Source: Elusimicrobiota bacterium | GTDB lineage: Bacteria > Elusimicrobiota > UBA8919 | Length of the DNA stretch: 28,226 nucleotides | Assembly (NCBI GenBank): GCA_043816185.1 | Contig: JBDRIG010000089.1 | Span: 1-28,226 of the forward strand | Reading direction: 5' to 3' | Part shown: positions 17,119-26,567 of the stretch, in pieces | Position numbering within the stretch: the stretch's first letter is position 1 | Layout of the letters: every line of letters begins with the position of its first letter | Notes under the pieces: generated by a model | Seen by the model: only the letters and a program-made list of their open reading frames with translations | Database searches by the model: none | Told to the model about the DNA's origin: nothing | Program-made: the position numbers and the translations under genes

Positions 17119-18675
17119 ATGAAAAACTTAAAAAGATTGTCAGTTACTTTATCAATCATATTAGGTGTCGGACTATATTTTTTATATACTGAGTTAACAA
17201 CATCGGAGGTAGTTATAGTTCATACCAATGATGTGCATGGTCATATTTTACCATTAGATGATATAGGCGGTAGTGTCGTGCTTTCAAATTTTTTGTCCAA
17301 ATGCACCTCTTCTTCTCGGAAAACGCAGAAAAAACCATATCTTCTTTTAGATGCAGGAGATGTTTTTCAAGGAACCCCTGAGGGTGACATAGATAACGGC
17401 GAAGTTGTTATAAAAATTATGAATGAATTAGGCTACGATGCAATGGCCATAGGAAATCACGAGTTGAGCAAAGGACAAAAACAGTTAAAAAAACTTGCCC
17501 AATTAGCAAATTTTCCAATGCTTGGTGCTAATATTATTGATAAAAAATCAAACAAGATTGCTGATTGGCTTAAACCATATTGCATAAAAGAAATTGGCGG
17601 CGTGAAAGTAGGAATTCTTGGGATTACAACCTCTGCTATGGTTTACCTAACAATGCCAGAAGTTCGTAAAGGACTTGAGTTTCAGAAAGAAGTGGATATT
17701 GCAAAAAAATATATTCCAGAATTAAAGCAAAAAGCGGACGTAATTGTTGCACTTACTCATATTGGTCTTTCAAAAAATGCAACAAAAGATGATGTTTTTC
17801 TTGCTCAAAATACCGATGGGATAGATATTATTATTGGGGCACATAGTCATACATTTTTGGAAAAACCGATAATGGTAAAAAATACAATGATTGTTCAAGC
17901 GGGTTGTTATGGTAAAAGTGTTGGCAAAATTACACTTAAAACAAAAAATAAAAAAGTTGTTAGTGCTAAATATGAACTAATTCAGCTCGACAAAAAAAAA
18001 TTTGGCGAGGATAAAAAATTAAAAAAAATTATAGAAAATCTCACAAAAGATGTTTCTAAAAAAATGGAAAGCGTCATTGGTTTATCGGCGCAAATGCTTT
18101 TGCATTCTGCTTCTGGTGAATTATCAAGAAATGGAGAAATCCCTCTTGGCAACTGGCAGGCGGATGTGTTTAGAAAAACTACAAATTCCGATATTGCATT
18201 TCAAAATGCTGGCGGGATTCGCGCAGATCTCCCAAAAGGTAAAATAACTCTAAGACATATTTACGAACTTGCTCCTTTTGACAATACAATTTTTACTATG
18301 AAACTTACAGGTTTGCAGATAAAAAAAATTTTAGAAAGATCTGTTTCAAGTAAATTTGGAATGTTGCAGGTTTCGGGATTAAAATTCAAATACGATAGAA
18401 ATAAAAAAAAGGGTGACAGGGTTACCGAGATTATTGTTGGTGATAGCACGCCTATTGTTAGTGGCACGCAGATAAATCCGAAAAAATACTACAAGGTTGC
18501 GGTCAATTCGTTTGTGGCAAAAGGCGGCGACAAATTCAATATATTCAAACATGGCAAAGAGATTTGCGATACCGGGATTATAGATAGAGATGCTCAAGCG
18601 TTATATGTAAAAAAATATTCACCTATAAAAGCACAAATAGAGGGTAGGATAGTAAATGTAACTCCTGAAAAATGA
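17119..18675 (+). CDS. Bifunctional UDP-sugar hydrolase/5'-nucleotidase
   Basis: HTNDVHG, DAGD, GNHE, THIG, GAHSH, NAGGIR and PFDN motifs; N-terminal anchor from MKNLK. Confidence 0.93.
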   Translation: MKNLKRLSVTLSIILGVGLYFLYTELTTSEVVIVHTNDVHGHILPLDDIGGSVVLSNFLSKCTSSSRKTQKKPYLLLDAGDVFQGTPEGDIDNGEVVIKIMNELGYDAMAIGNHELSKGQKQLKKLAQLANFPMLGANIIDKKSNKIADWLKPYCIKEIGGVKVGILGITTSAMVYLTMPEVRKGLEFQKEVDIAKKYIPELKQKADVIVALTHIGLSKNATKDDVFLAQNTDGIDIIIGAHSHTFLEKPIMVKNTMIVQAGCYGKSVGKITLKTKNKKVVSAKYELIQLDKKKFGEDKKLKKIIENLTKDVSKKMESVIGLSAQMLLHSASGELSRNGEIPLGNWQADVFRKTTNSDIAFQNAGGIRADLPKGKITLRHIYELAPFDNTIFTMKLTGLQIKKILERSVSSKFGMLQVSGLKFKYDRNKKKGDRVTEIIVGDSTPIVSGTQINPKKYYKVAVNSFVAKGGDKFNIFKHGKEICDTGIIDRDAQALYVKKYSPIKAQIEGRIVNVTPEK

Positions 18676-19649
18676 AAAAAATTGCGATTATTACGCCTGG
18701 TGGTGACGCATCAGGAATGAATGCTTGTATAAGGGCGATTGTTCGTCGTGCCATTCCTTTTGGATTTGAAGTTTTTGGTGTAATGAATGGTTATCAAGGA
18801 CTTATCGACGAAAACATTGTTAAAATGGATGCCAGAACGGTTAGTGGAATAATTTGTCGTGGTGGCACAATTCTAAAAAGTTCAAGATGCGCGGAAATAA
18901 AAACACAAACTGGTTTATTGAAAACAGTGAAAACACTTCAAAAAAATAAAATTGATTTTCTTGTTGTAATAGGTGGCGACGGTTCGATTAAGGCGGCCGA
19001 AAAAATCTCCACCCATTCACAAAATAGTATTTCCGTTGTTTGTATCCCCGCATCAATTGACAATGATGTTTTTGGTACCGACGAGACAGTTGGTTTTGAT
19101 ACGGCAATAGATACAGCGGTTGAAGCGATTGACAAAATTCGTGATACGGCAACCAGTTTTGACAGGGTTTTTATAGTAGAGGTAATGGGAAGAGAGCATG
19201 GGTTTCTTGCACTTGAAATTGGGCTTGCATCAGGTGCAGAGTTTGTTCTGGTGCCAGAAGTAAAATATCCTTCGTGGCGAATAAATGAAATCTGCGAAGA
19301 ACTCAAAAAAGATCAAAAAAAGAAAAAGAGATCGGCAATAATTGTTTTTGCCGAAGGTTGTGGTGATGCCAGAAAAGTTGCAAAGCAAATTTTTGACTCT
19401 ACAGGAATAGATGTAAAAGTGAGTACGCTTGGTTATATTCAAAGGGGCGGCAATCCGTCAGCAAGAAGCAGAAATATAGCAAGTCGTTTCGGAAGTTTTG
19501 CGGTTGATTTAATCTCGAAAGGTTATAAAAATAAAGTTGTTGTTTTGCAAAAAGGAGAAATAAAATCACTGCCGATTGAAAAAATAACTTCTAAAGAAAA
19601 AAAAGTAGACATTAAAACATTAAAACTCGTAGAAAAACTTGCCATATAA
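18672..19649 (+). CDS. pfkA: ATP-dependent 6-phosphofructokinase
   Basis: GGDASGMN, GGTILKSSR, GGDGS, IDND, EVMGR and LGYIQRGG motifs; ATGA overlap with the upstream gene. Confidence 0.96.
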   Translation: MKKIAIITPGGDASGMNACIRAIVRRAIPFGFEVFGVMNGYQGLIDENIVKMDARTVSGIICRGGTILKSSRCAEIKTQTGLLKTVKTLQKNKIDFLVVIGGDGSIKAAEKISTHSQNSISVVCIPASIDNDVFGTDETVGFDTAIDTAVEAIDKIRDTATSFDRVFIVEVMGREHGFLALEIGLASGAEFVLVPEVKYPSWRINEICEELKKDQKKKKRSAIIVFAEGCGDARKVAKQIFDSTGIDVKVSTLGYIQRGGNPSARSRNIASRFGSFAVDLISKGYKNKVVVLQKGEIKSLPIEKITSKEKKVDIKTLKLVEKLAI

Positions 19650-19741
19650 TCTCACTGTCTATGGAGAAAGAATACGATTAGGAGTTGTCTCGCAATAATT
19701 TTTCTCTACTTCCCTACTTATTGCTTCTTATAAAGTCCATT

Positions 19742-20272
19742 ATGATAAAAATAAAAACACCATTAACTGAAAATATATTAGAGAAACTTAAAATCGGTGA
19801 TGAAATTTTATTAAGTGGAACTATTTTTACAGCACGTGATGCGGCACATAAACGACTTTCGGAATTACTCCACAGCAATAAAAAATTACCGTTTGATATA
19901 AAAGGGGCAGTGATTTATTATACTGGTTCCACACCTGCAAAGCCAGAGCAAGTTATAGGAAGTTGTGGGCCAACCTCTTCTTATCGAATGGATAAATATA
20001 CTCCGAAATTATTAGAGCATGGTCTTAAAGCCACTATTGGTAAAGGTAGTCGCTCAAAAGAGATTATAGCGTCGATGAAAAAACATAAAGCAGTTTATTT
20101 TGCAGCAACAGGTGGTGTGGGTGCCTTGATTTCAAAATGCGTAAAAAAATCTGAAATTATTGCCTTTCCAGATTTGGGCTGCGAAGCGATTCATAGATTA
20201 AATATAAAAGATTTTCCGCTTATCGTAGCAAACGACATTTACGGTAATGATTTATATAATGAAATTATCTAA
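19742..20272 (+). CDS. Class I fumarate hydratase / tartrate dehydratase beta subunit
   Basis: TARDAAHKR, GPTSSYRMD, IGKG and DLGCEAI motifs. The start is placed at MIKIKTPL. Confidence 0.92.
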   Translation: MIKIKTPLTENILEKLKIGDEILLSGTIFTARDAAHKRLSELLHSNKKLPFDIKGAVIYYTGSTPAKPEQVIGSCGPTSSYRMDKYTPKLLEHGLKATIGKGSRSKEIIASMKKHKAVYFAATGGVGALISKCVKKSEIIAFPDLGCEAIHRLNIKDFPLIVANDIYGNDLYNEII

Positions 20273-20281
20273 TGGAAATGT

Positions 20282-20339
20282 AACTTTTCTCGACGGGAAA
20301 GAAATATCTTCAAAAAATAAATATTTTTGAATTGAAAAA
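20282..20339. repeat. 58-bp perfect direct repeat, left of the TA module
   Basis: Identical to 20937-20994 (655-bp offset). Confidence 0.97.
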
Positions 20340-20343
20340 TGGA

Positions 20344-20377
20344 TTGACAAAATAGATATAATGTGTTATACATATAT
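20344..20377 (+). promoter_or_regulatory. TA promoter with a probable overlapping operator
   Basis: TTGACA (20344-20349), 17 bp, TATACA with an extended -10 TG. An imperfect palindrome ATGT...ACAT overlaps the -10. Confidence 0.6.
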
Positions 20378-20390
20378 TACAGGAGGTATT

Positions 20391-20609
20391 ATGAATAAAT
20401 TAGCGGCTTTTCGTTTACCAGATTCTATGATTAACGAAGTAGATTCTATTTCAAAAAAATTACAGAGAACAAAATCTTTTGTTATAATGGAAGCACTGAA
20501 ATCATATATTGGGGATATAGTGGATTATCAAATTGCACTTGATAGATTGAACGACCCACATGATGAAATTGTTACTAGCAAACAAATGAGAGGTTTACTT
20601 GCAAAATAA
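20391..20609 (+). CDS. RHH/CopG-type antitoxin (RelB-like)
   Basis: AGGAGG RBS, an AFRLP...RTKSFVIMEAL ribbon-helix-helix and an acidic C-terminus; overlaps the toxin gene. Confidence 0.85.
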   Translation: MNKLAAFRLPDSMINEVDSISKKLQRTKSFVIMEALKSYIGDIVDYQIALDRLNDPHDEIVTSKQMRGLLAK

Positions 20610-20850
20610 AATACTGTACAAAAAATCCGTTGCTAAAGATTTCAAAAATATTGATTATTCTAAACGAATAATAATATTAAATCATATTGAGAATGATTTA
20701 GCAAAAGATTTAACCTGTGGAAAACAATTAACTGGTAATTTTGCTGGTCTTTTCAGTTTAAGAGTAGGCGACTATCGAGTTGTATACAAACCCCTACATA
20801 ACACTGTTTTGATTTTAAGGATTACCCACAGAAAAGAAGTTTACAAATAA
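20599..20850 (+). CDS. RelE/ParE-family toxin
   Basis: 83 aa with GKQLTG, SLRVGDYRVVY and HRKEVY motifs; TTG start. Confidence 0.9.
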   Translation: MQNKILYKKSVAKDFKNIDYSKRIIILNHIENDLAKDLTCGKQLTGNFAGLFSLRVGDYRVVYKPLHNTVLILRITHRKEVYK

Positions 20851-20936
20851 CAAACCATACTTATATTTTGACACTCTTCACAGCTGAAGCCGAGAACTTT
20901 CTTGCCCGATGGTTTGTAAAACAGAATAACAATAAC

Positions 20937-20994
20937 AACTTTTCTCGACGGGAAAGAAATATCTTCAAAAAATAAATATTTTTGAATTGAAAAA
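20937..20994. repeat. 58-bp perfect direct repeat, right of the TA module
   Basis: Identical to 20282-20339. Confidence 0.97.
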
Positions 20995-21041
20995 AAGGCT
21001 TGATAAAAGTGATTAATATGTGCTTTTTGCCGCCTCTTACT

Positions 21042-21198
21042 GAAACCGTGTCGCAATAGCAAAATGTGTGTCATTACGAGCGAAGTGAAACGATCTTTAA
21101 AATATTTCTCGTCGGAAAGAGATTGCCACGGCTTCCTTCGGAAGCCTCGCAATAACCAAAAGTGGAGTTATAACACAGTCTCATTGTGACACAGTCTG
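21042..21198. mobile_element. Composite MITE carrying a REP-like palindrome, with two tandem right ends
   Basis: Left end GAAACCGTGTCGCAAT; internal GTCATTACGAG...AGATTGCCACG...CTCGCAATAAC (21070-21156); right end GTTATAACACAGTCTC (to 21182), then ATTGTGACACAGTCTG (21183-21198). Confidence 0.85.
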
Positions 21199-21338
21199 AG
21201 TGACTGACTGAACTTAATAAAGTAGTGTCAATTAGTAGAGAATTAACAGGATGGATTTAATATATAGGGGTGTAAAATATCATTTGGTGCAGATTTGTAA
21301 ATCAACAATAACTAAATCTTTCACAAGTTCATAGTTCG

Positions 21339-22667
21339 TTAGTATTCGTCAATTTTATCTTTTGTTATTCTTGCATAGAAAAATTTTGTTGGATAAGTTT
21401 TGTTATCGCCAACGATATATGATTTCAGAAATTTGTCTTTTGCTTCACTAATTTTTTTTTCATCACCGTCAGTATGAAAAACTGCAAGTGGTTCGCCTTT
21501 CTCAACCTTATCGCCAACTTTTTTCTTCAAATAAATTCCAACCGACTGGTTTACAATATCCTCTTTTTTAGTTCTACCTGCACCAAGAATTAAAGACGAA
21601 ATTCCTACTTCAAGTGCATTTATTTTCTGAACATAACCAGATTGTTCCGACTTAATTTCAATCAATTTTTTACATTGTGGTAAAAGTAACGGATTATCAA
21701 TTGTCTTTGGATTCCCACCTTGTGCTTCTACCATTTGCTTAAATTTTTTAATACCTTTTTTGGTTACAAGCACTTCTTTTAGTTTTTCCTTACCCTCATC
21801 GATAGATTTGACAAGCCCCGAAATCAAAAGCATGTTACTCGCCAATTCAAGACATAAGTTCGTCAGATCTTTTGGTCCCACGCCATTTAATGTGTCAATT
21901 GCTTCTTTAACCTCAATAGAATTACCTATAGCAAAGCCGAGTGGTTCTTCCATGCTTGTAATGAGTGCCACCATTTTTTTACCCGCATTCTCACCGATGT
22001 CAACCATTGTTTTTGCGAGTTTCAAAGCATCTTTATAGTTTTTCATGAATGCGCCAGAGCCAATTTTTATATCAAGAACTATTCCATCTGAACCACCAGC
22101 AAGTTTTTTCGACATAATACTTGCGGCAATAAGTGGAATTGAATCAACTGTTGCCGTAACATCTCTTAAAGAATAAATCATTTTGTCAGCAGGAACAAGT
22201 TGTGCTGTCTGGCCTACTAATGCGAGTCCAATTGTATTTACATTTTCAATAAATTTTTCTTTCGACAATGAACAACAGAAACCAGAAATTGATTCAAGTT
22301 TGTCAATTGTGCCGCCAGTATGTCCGAGTCCACGACCTGATATTTTTGCAACTTTACCACTGCACGCAGAAACCATTGGAGCTAAAACAAGAGTTGTTGT
22401 ATCACCGACGCCACCAGTAGAATGTTTGTCAACCTTGAAACCTTTTATTTGTGATAAATCAATTTGTTTAGCCGAGTTAGCCAATGCAATTGTTAAATTG
22501 ATCGTTTCACGGGTTGTCATTCCACGGAAATAAATGGCCATAAGTAGTGCTGCCATTTGATAATCAGGGATTTCACTTTTTGTAAAACCGCTGACTATAA
22601 AATTTATTTCTTCTTTTGATAATTCAGCACCATCTCTTTTTTTATAAATCAAATCATACATTCGCAT
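21339..22667 (-). CDS. pdp: Pyrimidine-nucleoside phosphorylase
   Basis: DKHSTGGVGD, KISGRGLGHTGGTIDKLES, RDVTATV and SIMSKK motifs. Confidence 0.96.
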   Translation of the reverse strand: MRMYDLIYKKRDGAELSKEEINFIVSGFTKSEIPDYQMAALLMAIYFRGMTTRETINLTIALANSAKQIDLSQIKGFKVDKHSTGGVGDTTTLVLAPMVSACSGKVAKISGRGLGHTGGTIDKLESISGFCCSLSKEKFIENVNTIGLALVGQTAQLVPADKMIYSLRDVTATVDSIPLIAASIMSKKLAGGSDGIVLDIKIGSGAFMKNYKDALKLAKTMVDIGENAGKKMVALITSMEEPLGFAIGNSIEVKEAIDTLNGVGPKDLTNLCLELASNMLLISGLVKSIDEGKEKLKEVLVTKKGIKKFKQMVEAQGGNPKTIDNPLLLPQCKKLIEIKSEQSGYVQKINALEVGISSLILGAGRTKKEDIVNQSVGIYLKKKVGDKVEKGEPLAVFHTDGDEKKISEAKDKFLKSYIVGDNKTYPTKFFYARITKDKIDEY

Positions 22668-22774
22668 AAAATTAATTAAATTGTTTATATGACAACACAG
22701 TGATGCGTCTTACATCATTGTCCATTCGTATCACACATCCATATTGCTCGCTCGTATCGTTTACCCGTTTCCAA

Positions 22775-24985
22775 TTACCCACCCGTTGATTTTATATCCA
22801 AAATTATAAGTTGTGCCGATTCTTTATTTTGCCAGTTATTTATTTCAAGATGAAATACTACGTCCACCTTTTGTCCTTTTTTTAAACCAGCAGCACGTCG
22901 ACCTAACAGCCATCCTATGCCGTTAACATCCGTTTCAGCGTTCTTAAAACATGTTCGTAGGTGTGCTCCATCAATTCCAATATTTGAAAAATTACTTAAT
23001 ATAATATCTTCGATAATAAAAACTGGATGTTCATTTCCAAAACCATATGGTTCTAAAAGTTCAAGTTCTTTTATTAAGTCGATGGAAATATCTGAAGCAG
23101 AAATTGCCATGTCAATTGAAAGATGTGGCACAAGCATTTCATCCGTTATTAAACTGTTCGCTATAAATTTTATACGCTTTGTAAATTCTTTCAGATTTTT
23201 TTTGGCAATTGTCAAACCAGCAGCCGCCTTATGCCCACCGTATTTTACGACGATATCTTTACATTTTTCTATCGCAGATACTATATCAAAATCTTCTATA
23301 CTTCTTGCTGAACCAATTGCACATTCATCTTCTAAAATTAAAAGTATTACAGGTTTTCCGAACTCTTTTATTATTTGATTAGCAGAAATTCCTGTAACGC
23401 CGTGTCTAAGACTGGTAACTACTGTTACAAAAATTTTATCATTTTCAATATCGTTTTGTTTAATAGTTTCATCAATAAAATTTTTTGTATTAATTTTTTG
23501 TAAAGCCTTTCTTTCGTTATTGATTTCTAAAATTTCATCAAGTAAGATATTGGCACGAGTTTCATCGTCGGTTATCATTAATTCTGCCGACAAGTTGGCT
23601 TTATCATAACGGCCAGCAGAATTTAAAAGTGGAACTATTGACCATGAGACTTTTTTTGCTGTAAAAGATTTTTTTTCAATTTGAAGATTATTAATGATTG
23701 CACGAATACCGGGTTTTTTGGAATTATATAAAAGCGGAATACCATATTTTACGAAAATTCTGTTTTCGGATATTAGCGGAACTATGTCAGCAGTTGTACC
23801 TAAGGCGACCAGATAAAAGTATTCTTCAATAAATTTTCGTTGCTTTTTTTCCTGCAACAAAACAAGTCGTTCAAAAATTTTTGAAATGGCTGCAGCATCA
23901 TTTAATGCACGGTGAGAGTGTGATATCTCTATGCCCATATCTCTTGCGAGAGCACTAAGACAGTGCGAACTGATAGGATATAATTTGCGAGACATTTCAA
24001 GAATGTCTATGACGATATTGGAGATTTCTTTACTTTTAGTTTTTTTTGCAGCATGATGTAGAAATGCTATGCCAAAATCGGAGTTATGAACGACAAGGAT
24101 TGATTTGTCGATAAAGCCCAAAAATTTTTTCATTACTTCTGAAATAGTAGGGGCAAATTCACAGTTGGTATCCGTTATGCCGTGTTCGGTACTGACGTTT
24201 TCAGGAATATGACATTTAGGATTAAGAAGTGTTGTAAATTTTTTAATTTCAATAAAATTGTGAATTTTTATGGCACCAATTTCAATAATTTCGTCTGTCA
24301 AAGGAGAAGATCCGGTTGTTTTAATGTCCAGTACAACTATGTCTTTTCCATAATAATCGGAGTAAGAAAACGCAACTGCCTGAAAAAGTTTGAATGCAAC
24401 TCCGCATCCAGCAAGTTCCTTAAAAAGATATTTTTCAGACGAGCATTTTGGATCAATTGTTGCAATTGCCTTCGGAAGTTCATTTGATGGTTCGTGATGG
24501 TCGGTAATTATTATATCAATTCCAAGTGTTGCTGCAAAATTTACTTCTTCAACTGCTGTTATTCCGCAGTCAACAGTTATTATTAGTTTTATCTCCTCTT
24601 TTTTATATTTTTCAATTAATTTGTTACACAAACCATATCCCTCGTTCGACGGTATACACCATTGTACATCGGCTCCAAGTTCTTTAAGATATAGATAGGC
24701 GATATTGATTGAAGTGATACCATCGACGTCATTGTCACCATAAATAAGAATTTTTTCTTTTTTATCTATGGCAAGACGGATTCTATTAACCGTTTTTTCC
24801 ATATCAACAAATAAAAACGGATTGTGCAAGTCAGATACTCGTGGATGGATAAATTTTTTTATTTGTCGAGGAGTGTTTATTCCTTTTTGTAGGAGGATAG
24901 AAATAATTGCTTTTGAATAACCAGTCTGTGCTGAAAGTTCGTCTATTAATGCGATATTAGATTGTTTAATTTTCCACTGTTTCAT
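22775..24985 (-). CDS. recJ: ssDNA exonuclease RecJ with an inserted DnaQ-like (DEDDh) domain
   Basis: DNDVDG, TVDCG, TDHH, GTTADIVPL, GSARS, GGHKAAAG and LEPYG motifs, plus about 160 extra aa at roughly 23865-24345. The start is placed at MKQW. Confidence 0.93.
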   Translation of the reverse strand: MKQWKIKQSNIALIDELSAQTGYSKAIISILLQKGINTPRQIKKFIHPRVSDLHNPFLFVDMEKTVNRIRLAIDKKEKILIYGDNDVDGITSINIAYLYLKELGADVQWCIPSNEGYGLCNKLIEKYKKEEIKLIITVDCGITAVEEVNFAATLGIDIIITDHHEPSNELPKAIATIDPKCSSEKYLFKELAGCGVAFKLFQAVAFSYSDYYGKDIVVLDIKTTGSSPLTDEIIEIGAIKIHNFIEIKKFTTLLNPKCHIPENVSTEHGITDTNCEFAPTISEVMKKFLGFIDKSILVVHNSDFGIAFLHHAAKKTKSKEISNIVIDILEMSRKLYPISSHCLSALARDMGIEISHSHRALNDAAAISKIFERLVLLQEKKQRKFIEEYFYLVALGTTADIVPLISENRIFVKYGIPLLYNSKKPGIRAIINNLQIEKKSFTAKKVSWSIVPLLNSAGRYDKANLSAELMITDDETRANILLDEILEINNERKALQKINTKNFIDETIKQNDIENDKIFVTVVTSLRHGVTGISANQIIKEFGKPVILLILEDECAIGSARSIEDFDIVSAIEKCKDIVVKYGGHKAAAGLTIAKKNLKEFTKRIKFIANSLITDEMLVPHLSIDMAISASDISIDLIKELELLEPYGFGNEHPVFIIEDIILSNFSNIGIDGAHLRTCFKNAETDVNGIGWLLGRRAAGLKKGQKVDVVFHLEINNWQNKESAQLIILDIKSTGG

Positions 24986-25032
24986 AAACATACGGATTAC
25001 ACAGATTTTACAACGACTACACAAGTGTATCG

Positions 25033-25851
25033 TTAAATCACTTTTACAATTTCTTTGATGTAGCTGCCAAATTGTTTTTCAATTTTTTTTCCAATTTTAA
25101 GTACCTCGTCGTGGTTTAACGATTGTCTCAAAATACCAGCGGCCATATTAGAAATATAAGAAATACCAAGTATTTTTATTCCGCAGTGATTTGCGACGAT
25201 TGCCTCGGGAACAGTTGACATTCCGATACAATCAGCACCTAAAATTCGAGCCATTTTTACCTCTGACGGTGTTTCATATGAAGGGCCACAATTAGCAAAA
25301 TATACACCTTTTTGAATTTTGATTTTTAGTGTCTTTGCGCACATTTGTACCTTTTTGATTAGTTCAGTTTTGTATACCGTTGACATATCAGGGAAACGCT
25401 TTCCCTGTAAAATACCGTCTACACCAATTAGTGGATTATTTCCTGTAAAATTAATGTGGTCGGAAATTATCATAATGTCACCAGGTTTAAATTTTTTATT
25501 TACCGCACCGACGGCAGATGTAATAATGAGTTTTTCAATTCCAAGGTGCTTCATCAATCGTACTGGATATGTTACTTCATTGATTGAGTAACCTTCATAA
25601 AGATGTGGACGTCCAGCCATTATGAAAATATCTTTGTTTGATAATTTTCCAATAGTAACTTCGCCTTTGTGTCCTTCAACGGTTGATTTGGCAAAATGAG
25701 GTATTTTAGAAAAGGGGATTTGTACAGCATTAATAACCGCATTAGATATAGACGATAATCCCGATCCGAGAATTAAAGCAATTTTTGGTTTTAATTCCGA
25801 TTTACTCTCAATAAATTTTTTTGATTCATCTAAATTTTTAATAAGATTCAT
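25033..25851 (-). CDS. punA: Purine-nucleoside phosphorylase (trimeric PNP type)
   Basis: ILGSGL, VEGH, GRPHLYEG, GPSYETPSE, GMSTVPE and SNMAAG motifs. Confidence 0.95.
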   Translation of the reverse strand: MNLIKNLDESKKFIESKSELKPKIALILGSGLSSISNAVINAVQIPFSKIPHFAKSTVEGHKGEVTIGKLSNKDIFIMAGRPHLYEGYSINEVTYPVRLMKHLGIEKLIITSAVGAVNKKFKPGDIMIISDHINFTGNNPLIGVDGILQGKRFPDMSTVYKTELIKKVQMCAKTLKIKIQKGVYFANCGPSYETPSEVKMARILGADCIGMSTVPEAIVANHCGIKILGISYISNMAAGILRQSLNHDEVLKIGKKIEKQFGSYIKEIVKVI

Positions 25852-25949
25852 TATGATTTCCTTCGATAATATATAATTGTATCTGCTTTTGTATCGCTGT
25901 CATCATAGTTTTTGCTGGTTTTTCAACAAAAATTTTCAACAAAAACTTT

Positions 25950-26552
25950 TTATGTAATTTTTACTAAAATGTCATTGATAGTATTTGCTGCTTCCGTTAC
26001 ACGGTCAGCAGCGTTTGAAAGATGTCTGTAAATTTCTCTCGTTTTAAAAATTTTTATAAAATCGTTTGATTTGAAAAGTTCGACCAATCCTTCGCGGTAG
26101 CGGTGTTCAACAAAATTTTCCATTTTTCTTGCACGAATAAGATGTTGTACGACGGTTGTGGGACGATCTTTTAATCCCTTAACTGCGTGAGAAATATCTT
26201 TTGTGGCAAGATGTAATGCCTCAACCATTTTTTTTATGTAATCATCAGCTTGTATCTCAAAAAGAGTCATTTCTTCAACAGTTGATTTTGCATAATCTAT
26301 GATATCGTCTACGGCGCGAGATAATGCAAAAATATCTTCCCTGTCAATAGGTGTTACAAAAGTATAATTAAGTTCTTCAATAAGAACTCTTCTTATTTCG
26401 TCTACCTCTTCTTCTAAGGCATTTACTTTATTTCCGTTTTCCGTCGTTGGATTATTGATAAATTCAAGGAATAAGGCAAGACCTTCTTCAACCTTTATTG
26501 TTTGATATAGTAGCATCTTAAAAAAATCTTTTTCTTTTGTGAATAGCCACAT
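25950..26552 (-). CDS. DUF47 / PhoU-like phosphate transport regulator (Pit accessory protein)
   Basis: TFVTPIDREDI motif, GGAGGAGG RBS, located directly downstream of pit. Confidence 0.92.
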   Translation of the reverse strand: MWLFTKEKDFFKMLLYQTIKVEEGLALFLEFINNPTTENGNKVNALEEEVDEIRRVLIEELNYTFVTPIDREDIFALSRAVDDIIDYAKSTVEEMTLFEIQADDYIKKMVEALHLATKDISHAVKGLKDRPTTVVQHLIRARKMENFVEHRYREGLVELFKSNDFIKIFKTREIYRHLSNAADRVTEAANTINDILVKIT

Positions 26553-26567
26553 TTTGTGCCTCCTCCT

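Noticed and set aside
18433..18471. IVGDSTP/IVSGTQ near-duplication in the 5'-nucleotidase
   Set aside because: It looks like a small degenerate tandem duplication in a variable loop, too weak to call a mobile insertion.
20844..20922. Integron attC site after the toxin gene
   Set aside because: There is a TAAC and a 9-bp inverted repeat but no matching GTTRRRY core at the right end, and no integrase.
20841..21152. 103-aa minus-strand ORF
   Set aside because: It consists of the translated REP palindrome, the MITE end and the 58-bp repeat, with no recognisable protein motif.
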